64,000 nucleotides of DNA from Orbicella franksi (taxonomy: Eukaryota), in NCBI GenBank assembly GCA_964199315.1, contig OZ116707.1:4464001-4528000 (forward strand), written 5' to 3'. A program made the position numbers and the translations under genes. Below are positions 1-12,600 of the stretch, piece after piece. The notes beneath the pieces are model-generated. The model saw only the letters and a list, made by a program, of their open reading frames with translations. It was not told where the DNA came from and made no database searches. Every line of letters starts with the position of its first letter. Within the stretch, counting starts at the first letter, position 1.

Positions 1-1047
1 CCATGCAATTACTATTTAAATGACTCTGAAGAAGTCCACATTTACTTGACATACATTCTTAATCAGCTGAGCTATCAGCTGAGCTATCTTGCTAACCTAC
101 ACAAAGGTTTGATTCAAACCATCCTTTCACATCTTCTATGATATCTCTTTAAGAGGAAAGATCTATATCACTCAATGTTAAGTTCCCATACTTTGCTGGA
201 TAATTAACTAAGACATAATTCTTGTGAATTAAAGTTTGAGCAAGCAACTTGGAAACCACTGGCTTAGGCTTTCCTCGCACACTTGAAACTTTGAGAAATT
301 GGCAAGCAGGTAAAATCTGGTTGTGCAGTTTCACATCACAAATTTTCTTTTCCCCAAATTCCACCATGAGGATACCCACTGAAATGGTAATACAGAAAAA
401 GACTATCAAAGTAAGTGGAGTACATGTATGCACCAGTCAGTGCCTAAAACAGTTTATTTTGAAAAGGATTTAGAGGAGTTTTTTGTGTGCACAAAACATG
501 AGAAGACAGCAATCAAGGGAACATTAAGAACAATGTCATTCTCTGGAAAACTTAGTTTTTTGTCATGGAATAAAAAAGTAAAATTTACAATCAACTGGCC
601 CTTACTGTCTGTTTCTCCCTCTTCAGACATGTTATCACTGTTGTCACAACTTGAACCACTAGAACTTGCAACACTGTCATTAAGTGCTTTCTTTTGGCGA
701 GGTTCAAGGTCACTACTACATTCACCTGAACTTGATCTCCGTTTGCTCTAAACAATTAGAAAAGGGGTCAGTTACAATGTGTTAAAACATTTATGCCTAT
801 AAAATTTTGGCACAGAATCCACACAAATCCCCCAGAAGACCTTTGACAATTTTAAACAAATTATTAACTTCAGTCAATTCATAAATGTAAAAGTTACAAA
901 AGCCACCTGTTTTTGGTTTTTCAGTTACCTTTAATAAATAGAATCAGTTTCAGCAGGCTGACTGGTTTTAGATAAACTAATTATTTTAATAAATGCTGCT
1001 TTATAAAATGAGAGACACCTCCATTACTGTCTCCTTCATTTTCCTCC

Positions 1048-1475
1048 ACAGCAATAAGGTTTCATCAAAGGAGAGGCTTTAAGACTTCTCAGAACGAACT
1101 CTTCTAAGAAAATATTTGAAGAGAAAATCAAAACCTTCAAGTCACACCTTATTGAGAGAGGTTACCCAGAGAATCTTATTCAAGCAACCCTCTCTGAAGT
1201 GAACTTTGAAGAGAGGAAACTAGCCCTCCAACCAAAACAGAGAGAAAACAAACGAATCTTGCCTTTTGTCACACAATATCAACCATCAGTGCCAAACCTA
1301 AAACAAATCCTAATGAAAAAATGGCATTTAATAGAACAACCATTACTGAGCGAAATCTACAAGGATCCGCCCCTCGTTTCATACAAAAGAGGGCGTTCGC
1401 TCAAAGATATACTTGTGAGAGCCAAACTATAAAAGGCTAAAACACGCGCTTGAGAGTCGTGCAGGCCTGTCAACC
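1048..1475 (+). mobile_element. 5'-truncated Penelope-like element: RT thumb C-terminus ending in a stop codon, with no C-terminal GIY-YIG
   Basis: Translates GFIKGEALRLLRTNSS...ERGYPENLI...LPFVTQYQPSVPNLKQIL...PPLVSYKRGRSLKDILVRAKL* (stop 1430-1432), a typical PLE thumb motif, followed by a short 3' tail. Confidence 0.8.
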
Positions 1476-1570
1476 CCATTTTACGCACATGAGTGAGGTG
1501 AAATAATCGCATTTCATTGACTTTTCACCAGAAAAGGAATTTTTTTGGAAAAATTAGGATCCCAGGGTGT

Positions 1571-1649
1571 TGGTCTCCTACACAGCTGTTTTTTGGGATG
1601 TCACGCAAGGCTTGCATGACATCACGAAAAACGGCTGCGTGGTAGACTA
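1571..1649. mobile_element. Short palindromic MITE-like repeat
   Basis: tggtctcctacacagctgttttttgggatgtcacgcaag / cttgcatgacatcacgaaaaacggctgcgtggtagacta forms an imperfect 79-bp hairpin. Confidence 0.7.
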
Positions 1650-2129
1650 CATACTACAATGGTGTCGGCGGGAGTGAAAACCCTAGCATAAAATTAGCCA
1701 AACCCAATCCCACTACAATTTTCAATAAGCTATTTCCAAAATCTGTACTATTTTTTTGACATGTGATCTGATATTTGTCATGATTTTCCTCACTGCCATA
1801 CCCTAAGTCCAAAAGCTTTATTTTTGAAATTATTGTGTGTAATCTATTGCGTCTGTTTAAAAATAAATTAGCGTGTCGTTGTTTGTTTATATAATTTCTT
1901 CCTTTTTCCCGTTTTCTCATTTTTTCATTCAAGTCCACAAAGTTTATCTTGGATTTTTATACCCAAGTGTTGGAAGACAAACTGGGTACCACCTCTGTAT
2001 AATTTTGAGAATAATCTTGAATATTCGTATAAAACGATGGGTCTCGATGGTTGAATAGCACATTTCAGTTTGGAACGCAACATGCCAACTGAGGCTAATT
2101 TCACTCCCTATTGGACTACTAAATTTCTA

Positions 2130-2403
2130 GGGTGCACTTCTTTAAGAAAATCCAAGATTGAATTTTTAATCCGAAAACGGATTATACGTTTCTTTACTAA
2201 ACAGATGAATCCAAGATCACCTGGATCAGGGTGTATCAAAGGAACCGAAGAATCCTTGCCCAGAGTGGATTCTTCGGTTCCTTTGACGCACCATGATCCA
2301 AGAGATCTTGGATTGATCTGTTTAGTGAAGAAACGCAAAATCTGTTTTCGGATTCTTTCGGATTTAAGATTCCAATCTTGGAGTTTCTTAAAGAAACGTA
2401 CCC
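2130..2403. mobile_element. Fold-back MITE, PIF/Harbinger-type (3-bp TSD)
   Basis: Ends GGGTGCACTTCTTT...AAAGAAACGTACCC; nearly the whole 274 bp is self-complementary; flanked by CTA at 2127-2129 and 2404-2406. The overlapping ORFs called on both strands are artefacts of the palindrome. Confidence 0.75.
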
Positions 2404-3060
2404 CTAGTTTGAATTTCCCAAGAACGAAACAATGAAAACCCAAGTGGTTTGGATACATCAGTACTCTTGAAATCCCATAAAGACCCTTGAGTGTTAGCTA
2501 CGTGAGCACAGAGCAACCGTTTTCTATTATAAAAAAAAAATTTAAAAAAAACAGTGCTTTGTAAAGCTGAATTATAGGGAGTTGGAGTAACAAAACATAA
2601 CATAACAATGACGAGAGCTTTTACAATGCCATATATTTTTTCATTTCCATGGCCATTTAACTGTTATAACAATGACAAAAACCTAAGACCTTTTTGGCTA
2701 AATGGGAAACTACCCTAGGAAGCAACACAGGGATGATTCAATTCTCTTGGTAGCAAATTTTTACAGCTCTTACACCTGTGACAGGTGTACAATTTCTACC
2801 ATTAGTCACTAGCTTCAGTGGTACAATAGTATTTTACAACAGTTCACAAAGTTTTCCAAAAAAAAATTATGCTATACTCTGTAAAGTACTTCTACATACA
2901 GATTTACATTTTCCTGTCTGAAAATTTAACCCCTGTATGGGTATGCTTCAGTTCAATTTTATGTCAGGGATACAACAGGTATCCATACTTGTTTGCATGA
3001 ATTCTTGTGAAAAACCTTTTTATGGGGTCTCACTACAATAGTATCCAGATTTTCTTTTGC

Positions 3061-6000
3061 TCATAAGTAGCAAACTGTGGTCAGAGAGCAAATAGAGAGA
3101 CCCATGCCATAATTTTGCTTAGTGTTTGATCAACCCAAGCTGAAAATGCTTTTGCCTGATTGCCCTGATAAGCGTCAATTCGGGCAACCAATGCTCCATT
3201 ACGACCGTAAATATGAGAGTCAATGAAAATTATACTCCCACTACCGTCCACAATGATCATCATTGTCTTTTCATTAGCTGTTAACAAATGGCATGACTCT
3301 TTCTGCTGAAGAATCAAGTCTATACCCGCATAAAACTGATATAGTAGATTTACACCAAACACATTGTACTCATGCAAAATTCCACAAATGTGGCAATGAT
3401 CACCAGCTGCATCAATGGCATCATCCACAGCAACATTAATCCCCTCACCTCCAAACAACTCATCATGGATATCATTTCCAGTCCTGATTGCTTCTGTTAC
3501 TGCCCCCTCCCATTGTTGTGTGAGGGGTTGTCCAACAGGGGGTGTAGGTAAACTGGAGTGGTAGTAAATGTGGCCAAAGAAAAGAGCAATGAAAGTGCAT
3601 GCATTGCTACCATTTCTGCCATCAATGGTTGACTGACTGACATTTCCTGGAAACAACCACTCATTGATGCCACATCCAACATTTGTTCCAGTCACAGGTG
3701 TCATCAAAGTTGTTGGGACAGGTGCTGATGAAGAGTTGGGTCCTACAGGTGATGATGTTGTGGGGGCAGGCATGGATGATGGTGCAGGTACAGATGCAGG
3801 TGCAAGTACAGGTGCAGTGGGTACTGCTGCTGTTGGTACTGGGGTAGATGCTGATGGTGGATATGAAGATAGAGCAGTTGCAGAACCAGAGGGGTATGTC
3901 TGTCTGGATGCTGAAGGAGAAGCTGATAGATTGGCATTTCCAGCTGGTGGTGCTCTTTGAAGGTTTTGGATGTCTGCAGCCATACCCTCCATTTCTCGTT
4001 TCCTCTTTTGGTGGTATGTGCTCCACCAGCTCTTAATCTGCGCTTCCTTGAGTGGCTCCAGGCCTCTCTCCCTCGTGGCTGAAATGCACTCCACAGGGTC
4101 TGCCCTTATCCCATAGTTCGCCTGCCAGTTATAAAATTCTATCATGACCTCCTGCTGAAGTGAAAACATGCGAGTGCACTAACCATGGGGTACAAAGGAA
4201 GTACAAAAATCTTGTGTGCTCTGTGCTTTTAAAATTTTGAAAGTTAGAGGGCATAACACTGTATAAAAAGAGTCAGACATTCTGGGGACATCACCTTTAT
4301 CAGTCTTTTCGGCTTCAAATGGGCCATTCTTGATGGTTTTCTTTACAGCACTAAGCACTCTAACTTACCAATGCAATGTTATTTTATACCCGACAGAATA
4401 TCAATGAGGGGAGCAGGAGTGAACACTTTTTACTTCTGCTAAGTCATGGTCAGATATTTAATCATGTTTTGCTTTCTAAAGAAAACAATTCCACATAAAC
4501 AACAACATATTGCATGTACTCCTTGTACAGTGCAATATACAAGGCTGCTTATTTGGGTGCTTACTTGAGATAGAGAAAAGGGGAGGATGGGCTTATTTCA
4601 AACATTAGCCAGTATGATAGCTGCTTATAAAGAGCTGTACTATCAAGAGTTGAAATCAAACAAATAAACATACCCCAATCAGTTCTCCCAACTGACTTCC
4701 TGTATTCAAGTTGTTACCCACTCTAACCCATCAAACAATCTTATGACTAATGTGGGCAACGTGGGTATCCAGCTTTGATTTCCCCTCACCGGCCTCAAAG
4801 TTGTTGTATTCGACAAGGGTCAACTGGAATGCTTTGCTGACTTCTGCCAAATAGAGGATAAATCCAGTATTGTGGTAGTGTGGACCATTGTCTGAAACAA
4901 CAAAAGATTTTACCATGTTATAAGGTACTCGCCCTTTATAATTTTAAAATGTTTGCTTTGCAATTTCCTGAATTTTGAGACACACGAGTGGACACTGTAT
5001 GTGAATAAGAGTACTTGACTGCAAAAAATGTTGAAAAGTACACTGAAAGATGATATTCTGTACAATAAACATTGAAAAATCATAGCTGTTGATAGCTTAA
5101 AATAATGGAAACAGGCATACAATACTTCATTAATCTAATGCCCTTTTAAAAAAATTACATGTAAATTTACCATAGGGCAAATAATTCCTAAGGAGCTTTT
5201 AGCCACTGAATTTTGGTTAACCCTTTTTAATAAGCCTAAAAGAAAAAAAACATGATAGCATTTCACCCCACAATCAATCATCAATCATGACAAAATGAAA
5301 TGACAACTAAACTGCAAGATAATTTGATACGTCACAAGTTTGCCCAAATAGAACGATACAAAAACATATGGATACTAGAAAGGAGATTTTGTCTGATAAT
5401 CCCTAGAGATATTCTATTCCAAATTGTGTGAATCCTTGAAACTATGGCTCAAAATTACTATAATAAGGAATAATTAATCAGTAATATGTTTAACAATTTA
5501 TATTAAGGCTTTTTCCATGTAATGTTCAAAGAAATACAAACTAAGCCTTTTTACACTACAGTTGTTTTCGATTTCTAACAGTATTATTATAACTAAGTTG
5601 ACTGCTTACCAGAAAATAAGTACACTCGAAAGCCAGGGAACTCCTTTTCCATCCAGTGGAAGCCAACATCCATAGCACTCTGGCTGAACCAAGCATCCTG
5701 TTTGGTGTCCTCGCTCCAGAGGTCGATTACCTCTTCTTCTCTCTGTTTCACTCACTTCGGCAATGGCAAGGAAGCCATGTAGGGAAATTCCACGCTTCCC
5801 ATACCAGTCTCTCTGGATTTCTCTTGTTCTGACACCCAACTCCAATTTCATTTTGTAATCCACGATTACCACAGCCTCGCCTGGTTGCAAGTTATCCAGA
5901 ATGTACTTATAGTAATCGCATCGGTGTCGTGTGCGTAGTAGATGTGCCACATATTGGGTATGAACCTTCATGAGTTCATCAAGTTCCTTTGTCAGGTTTT

Positions 6001-6790
6001 CTCGTTCACTGGCTCTCGGGACACTGGACAGCAGTGTGTGTAGTTGCTTGCAAACATCGTAGAGCACACATGCATCGAGGCAAAACCTGTCATGTGGCTG
6101 CGAACAAGAGGCAAATGCATTGTTCATGCAGAGTTCTAAGCATGGGGAATGCCTCTGCACTTGATGGGCAAATTGGGTCTTCATAAAGTACTGGTACTGT
6201 AAAACTTTGCCCTTAAAATCATTCACAGAAACAGTCGTTGCTCTTTCTACACAAGTAAGGAAAGACATAAACTTCTCAAAATTTGAGTAACCAAACTCAT
6301 CACATAGGTTGCACAACCCTGCCAGCATTGTGTTGTAGCGAAAGTTGGATGGAAGGTGGGTGTAAATGTAGGTGCGTTTTACACCACTGGGATATTCAAG
6401 CAAGCACTGGTTAACAAGTTCCTTAATGCTGTCCTTCCAGTACCTTACTGGTGTTTCCTGGCCGTCAATCATAACACTTTGCAGGAAGAAGGCCTTGAAA
6501 CACTTTCTCTATTGAAAAATTCAGATAGTTCCATCAGTATGTCAGGACTGACACACTGTCTCCTAAACTTGAATTTTGCTGGAGGGGTTCCACCACGACC
6601 AAACAAAATGCAGTGGACCTTAACAGTTGCTATCGTCTTTGACGAACAGTTAAACAAATCCTGCAACACACTGTATGTAATTGAAGCTACAACAATCACA
6701 GACAAATTGAGAAGTGTCGGCTTTGGAGAGAAGTATTTTACGGAGAATGCGACCACAGAAGGCGATGAAAGTTCTGATTAATGCTCGTTT
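3061..6790 (-). pseudogene. Multi-exon Sola3-like DDD/E transposase relic (copy 1)
   Basis: Motifs VIVDYKMK...REIQRDWYGKRGISLHG (exon ending 5610), GT-AG intron 5609-4892 splitting the Asp of S-D-NGPHYHN, then FEAGEGKSKLD. Frameshifts near 6470 and 5740 and in-frame stops. The family call rests on recalled Sola3-type motifs (DxxMK, FGKRG, SDN..YH, GK..D). Confidence 0.65.
3081..4154 (-). CDS. Terminal exon: homeodomain-like HTH, Pro/Ala/Ser-rich linker and papain-like cysteine protease (herpes tegument DUB/C76-like)
   Basis: Open 362-aa frame with acceptor ttcacttcag at ~4155. LKEAQIKSWWSTYHQKRKR resembles homeodomain helix 3; SQSTIDGRNGSNACTFIAL (Cys ~3598) and IIFIDSH..GRNGA (His ~3214) form a Cys/His pair. 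Probable 1-bp frameshift near 3115. Confidence 0.55.
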   Translation of the reverse strand, partial: QEVMIEFYNWQANYGIRADPVECISATRERGLEPLKEAQIKSWWSTYHQKRKREMEGMAADIQNLQRAPPAGNANLSASPSASRQTYPSGSATALSSYPPSASTPVPTAAVPTAPVLAPASVPAPSSMPAPTTSSPVGPNSSSAPVPTTLMTPVTGTNVGCGINEWLFPGNVSQSTIDGRNGSNACTFIALFFGHIYYHSSLPTPPVGQPLTQQWEGAVTEAIRTGNDIHDELFGGEGINVAVDDAIDAAGDHCHICGILHEYNVFGVNLLYQFYAGIDLILQQKESCHLLTANEKTMMIIVDGSGSIIFIDSHIYGRNGALVARIDAYQGNQAKAFSAWVDQTLSKIMAWVSLFAL

Positions 6791-9679
6791 ATTTCTGCAC
6801 AACGTATGTTGATTCTCATAAACTGAAAATAATGATTATATAACTAAATAAACTAATGTGAACGTACAAAGGCAAAAACTACACTAACTATAACCGAAAA
6901 ATAAGGTATAAATAAAGAAACTAAAACGATTTTAAAGGTTAAACTTGCATGCTGAATTCATATTTGGAGGCGGAACCCGCTAGTTACATAACAACAATAC
7001 TACAAGAAAAACACGAAAAACAACAGAAAAATCTAACAAAATATGCAAGGTATAAATGCTGAACAATAATTTCTAACAGCTAGGGACTAATACACTTGAA
7101 ATAAATGCGCGAAATCCTAGCATTTGCCACGCTGGAATGCTCCTAGCCTAAGCACGTGGTCCCTCAAGAAACTTACTAAAAGCTTAATAATCGATGAAAA
7201 GCGAACCAAATGGAATATAACTAAAATAAAGAAAACAATAAAACACTTACATATCTTTTCCGCGCAGTAATGCCTCTAGCTGGCTTATAAAGGTCCTTAA
7301 AATTCGACGATGATTCCTACAACAACATAACACCAATGATCCTCTAACAGAAGTGCGACAACTAAGCAAGAACGTGACATGTCCCAAGAGTCATAGCGCG
7401 GCGAAATAGATAAATGAAAGAAAACCAAAAGAAACACTGTCACGCAATCCTGATGCAATAAAAAAAATATTTGAAAACCATTTAGTGGATAAAGTCAAGA
7501 AATTGTGACGTTATAGGAGATTAATGAAGATGACACTTCTCTAATTTTTAAGTCTGTGCGTTTTCCCAACCCTCAGATATTCCTCGAAATAATTTGCACA
7601 AATTTACAGAGCCCAGTATGGTGGTGTACCTCCACATTACACCAACATTGCAGCTGGAAAATAGTGTAAGCTTACTTTGGCTATCTAGGCGACTGGTTAT
7701 CTGTACTGAACAAACAAGCATTTACATAAGCACTTTTCCTGACACTTTAACTTCTGAATGGGCTAAAAATCACAAGATAAGTTTATGTTTTTCGACAAAT
7801 GCGTTCGCAGCTCTATGTCACGCACCGCCATAACTCTGAAATTCAAAATGTCTCGCTTGCTTGAGAAACGCAAAAAAACAACAACTAATGAAAGTAGTCT
7901 GAAACGTTCATAGGCTGATATAAAGACCTTGACTCATTTCATGCCCTAAAGGCCTGCAAATGAGTAATAAGCTAATAATCGATGCCAAGAAATGCAGTCA
8001 AAGGCACAATAACTTGAGCACATCGATTCGATTCAATTTCACATGACTTCAAATGCAGAACATTTGGCTCAATTGCAATATAGCTAGTGCTTCTCAGTAT
8101 AACGACTGCCTGGGTACACGCAGCAAAGCATCTAGTTTATAATAGAGTGGTTTTCATTCGAGTGTCAAGGTAATCACACAACTGCCTTTTTATCAAAATA
8201 TTTATTTTCTTCAGTTTGGTCTTTTCTTATTCTTTCCATTATATAGTTCCATTTGCTTGTTTTATTCAAAAAATAAATATAAAATGTGGGAAAATCCATA
8301 ATTTTTATATATCTTTGTCTCCAAATGTTTATGGTAATTTTTTTTTGTCATATCATTTCTTATTTTTAGCTATTGTTTCTACATGTTTTGTAAAAAAAAG
8401 CAGCTACTATTGTTGTTGACTTGGAAAATTACATCCAATGTGAAGAATGGTATCTTTAATTAAAAATTATAATAAATAATAATGATCATAACAATCAAGA
8501 AATATTTAAGAGGCACTCTTTCATCTTCATCTTCTACCTTACACCAGCCATCTCGCATTAGCAACGTCAGCAATGTTGATCCTGTAAACCTAAATAAAAA
8601 AATGCAATTGTGTACAGTTTTATCCAGCACAGTGTTAGTCTCTGTACCATTTTTTTTTTTGTGGGAAAGGGGTTTCTGTATATTTGGGGTCTAGAATCAT
8701 TTTCTTCATGCCTTTTACATTGGGTTTACTTCCCTTCATTAGTTGAATTTTCTTTGGCAAATATCTCAACAATGTTGCAAAATTTGTCATCCTGACCTCC
8801 AATTAGCACATTATTCAAGGAGAATATTAGGGAGGCAGTGAAAACAACAACAAATGGATGATGAATTTCATTTTCTCTTTCAAACGACTGGTATGAAGAA
8901 ACACTGACTAGGAAGTGAAGAACAGTCTCAACTTACCCTTGCATGATTTGGATCAGGATTATCGATCAGATCTCCTGGTATAATGTGTTGTATAACCCTC
9001 TTCAAGGTTGTAGGGTAAACAAAGGTTGCCTTTCCCACATGGGCACCAAGTGTCTGCCTGCTCCCAAACTAAATAAGAAAGAAAAACATGACAATCTTAA
9101 TTTTGAAATAGAACACCTAACTCACACCTCATCTGAAATCAGAAGTCACAGTAATGGATTATCGATTATTTACATCTAGTAGATCATATGCATAACGTGG
9201 AAAATCATTGTACTGAAGTATTCAGAGATAACTGTTGGACTTCAATTCGGTGAGATGGTTATACAAATGGGAATTCCAAAGAAATGAATAAAACATATCA
9301 AAATACTTAACACTACGTTTCTCAAAATTAAAAATTGGAATATGTCCAAATCTTGCAAATAATCTGTCATTATTCACTGCCTTCCCAATCCATGTGCAAC
9401 AAAACCTTTCATCCATAAAACTAGAGCTTGAACATAAAGTAGAATTTTCAAACACCAAGCAAACAGCACACAAATGGCAAAATTAGCCACTTACCCAAAG
9501 AAGTGACCATAACCTTTTCTAAAGCCTGGCTTGCCCTTCATCAGGAGTTTCGTTGAGTTTCAAAAAAAAATGTCTCGATAGGCTGATGAGGCCTTTGGGG
9601 GCATCAAATCTTTGAAAAACAAAAGACATCTAACTTTTGCTACAGCAAAAACAGATACACAACATAAAGTGACATAAAC

Positions 9680-12600
9680 AACTTACCCATTTCTTGTAAA
9701 TTCGGCTGTGAAAGCCCCAAATGCTGGCTCTTGTGATGCAACTTTGATTGCCGCCATCTTCTTTTGGCAAACAGCACGCCTCTCACAGAAGACCACTGTC
9801 TATAATTTTGCATACTCAACTGCTTCCCTGACAACCCGCCCAGATCCTTCCTCGGTTGATGGAACCAACTTCCAGTAAAAACGCAAACTTGCCTAGTAAA
9901 AGGATACTACTGGTACTGTATATCGGGATAGAAACATATTTTTTGGGTATTAGGTCACATAATCTATAAATAAAGCTAAGGACATGAAAATTACCCTGGG
10001 CAGGTACCTTAAGTGTTGAACACATTCTTCTGGCAAGTATTTTCTATTCTCTTGGCGGAAGGTTAACTGGCGTGTCTGGTACTTCAAGTTTTTAGGAACT
10101 GCTTTTGTTGGTGGTTGTAGTCCAATTAGGCTATTGCTCTGAGGTACTAGTAGTACGGAGATGCAAACTCTTTGTTAACTACACTAAGAGCTAAATACTG
10201 GGTCCCTTCATTTTTCTCTTCGCCTGTTGGCATCATCAACTGAATTGCTGCTTCCAAGGAAAAACCTGCATAATCTGTAGAGTAGCCTATTAAATTAATT
10301 GGTGTTTTACGTATTTTCCCCGATTCGTCATGACAACAACCTCTTCTGAGAGCTGCCCACTGTTCCAGAGGGTGTTTAGCTTTGTAGCCACGATCAAGGT
10401 TTGGCCACATGCAATTTATTATCGTTAGCACGGACATTTATGCCATAACAGTGAGGTTATGCACATTTAAACATGGTCGTAATTGTTTTAGTGTGTTGAA
10501 AAAATGCTGCAACAAGTTTGATTGTCTCATTAATGAGATGTTACTCATTAAACAATTACAAACATGTTTAACCCATTGATGCCTGAACAAAATTGCCCGC
10601 GACCCACCCCTAATTCCCTAGCGTTTTTTTGGAATATTTCAGAGCGAGCGAAAGCACAAAAATAAACCATATGCACAGTAACCACAGACACAAGATCAGG
10701 TTTCAAGATATCGTTTATTTAAAGTTGAATAATTGAAGGGTCAAAATATTAAAAAATATTAACAAAAAGAACTCAACCTGATGTGTAAAACTGATAAGTG
10801 AACAAGAAATTATATTATTTCTTTTTCCGTGCGACAAAATGTCCCACAGAAGCTGAGAAAATTGACTTTGTGAAAATGAGTTAATTATTGACTTTGGAGG
10901 ACAAAAAACGAAACCAAATTCAACAGAATTTCATTCTTGTACTATAATGGCTAACATTTGAGAAAACAACGAAAAAAATAAAAGCGAAGAACTCATACAA
11001 AACTCAATCTGAAAACAAGAAATCGAGTAATTTCTTCGCTGCGCGACAAAAATATTACGACACTGCGAAAGAAAGATGAAAGTCGTAAATCAAAAAGACA
11101 ACAAAAACAAGCGAATTATTTTGAGATCAGTCAAATTTCAACTGTGTTAATCAGTGGCCATTTAGTTCTTCTCTCAGCGGTTCTGTAATAGCTGAATAAG
11201 ACTCCAAAAAGTATTTCAACGAAGCGAATAAACTAAATAAACAAAGTGCCTGGAGGTCGCTGTAAATTAAATATGCAGAAATCAAGCGTGCAAATTACTG
11301 TTCACTTTTAAAACCTAACATTCCTAAATACAAGGAACTAAATGAAAGAAATACGAAAGGAAGTTCAATAACAATAAATTTTCATTCAAGCTGAGGCGAA
11401 GAAACCTATTCAAAAGCAAAAAATTGTTCAAAATTTCGCAGCCGTGCTTCACTGCATGAACCGCATGTGTAAATTATTCTTCACGCTAACGCGAAAGGTT
11501 GAGTTTTGGCTGACCGCTTTTGCAGTCATTTTAACGCCTGTGGCTTTACAAATCATTTCAAAAGTTGAATTCAACTTCAAAGTAATAATGTACATTACCA
11601 TTTTTGTTTCTTAAGTCCGAAAAGCTGCTTTCAATCTGCGATCTGTCGTCAAAACTTACTTGAAAGCACTCCGATCTTCATGTTTTCGCAGCGGTTGTAG
11701 GAAGAAAAACTTCTTCACCAGAAAGTTTTGAGGACTCTGTACTCCTTGATCCCCCATTCTGAGGCCACCTATACATTGATTTGCATTTTTCCTTTCTATT
11801 TTAAAGCCCAAATCAGTAATTTATCCGTGTCAGGAATGAAAACAAGACCTTGGAAGTTCTTAGATTTGGCCCACAACGTGCCACGATTACCTGCACTTTT
11901 TGAGCGCGCGATTTCAAGAAGAAAAACCGTCTTTCTACGACCCCTTAAGTCCTCTAAAAATATGCTCAGAAAGCCCATTCTGATTGGTTTATTTGTCCTT
12001 AAGAACAATAGAACAATAGGAGAACCAAAAAGTCTTCAGCGAGGGTAGGAAAGGCAATTGTCCCCACGTGCTTTTTTTCGGGCGGTTACGGGCGGCACAG
12101 GGAAATGGAGGAGTTTTTCACACGGGCGGTTACGGGCGGCAGAGGCGTCAATGGGTTAAATGTACAATCAGACTCAGTTCGCGCTAAGGTCTTTGTCTAA
12201 CTTATGCAAATTAGTAACTCTGAACTCTTAGTTACTCTTGAAATCGCATATTTAATTAGTTTCCCTTGACAATGGCACCAAGATGTCACCGAAACGTTGG
12301 ATTTCTCTATCGTTAGTTTTTTACCTCTGATATCCTTCATGAAATCGACAGAATGGTTATTGTTGGCTCTCTGAAGCTTGGACACCAAATTTTGGATGAC
12401 CAGCATCTGCATAGGACTGTGTTCCGATATACCCATCCTAGGGAAATGAACAAGACTAATAACGAACCTCTGATCTTCCCCATTTAGGCATGCAGCATGT
12501 AAATTATCCTTCCAATCTTTCAGAGTCGACGTTGTTTTGACCAGCTGCTTCATTTTTTCTTCTGATTGTTTGTGCTTGGAGTCTCGATTTCCAACGCGTC

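Noticed and set aside
149-165. TTAAGAGGAAAGA resembling the candidate Sola3 terminus at 46012
   Set aside because: Only ~13 bp of similarity with no extension; likely chance.
149-750. Minus-strand exon-like segment (acceptor near 748, Ser-rich frame)
   Set aside because: The frame is interrupted by stops and has no recognisable domain; cannot support a gene call.
2070-2458. Mirror ORFs of 121 and 116 aa on opposite strands
   Set aside because: Artefact of the palindromic MITE at 2130-2403.
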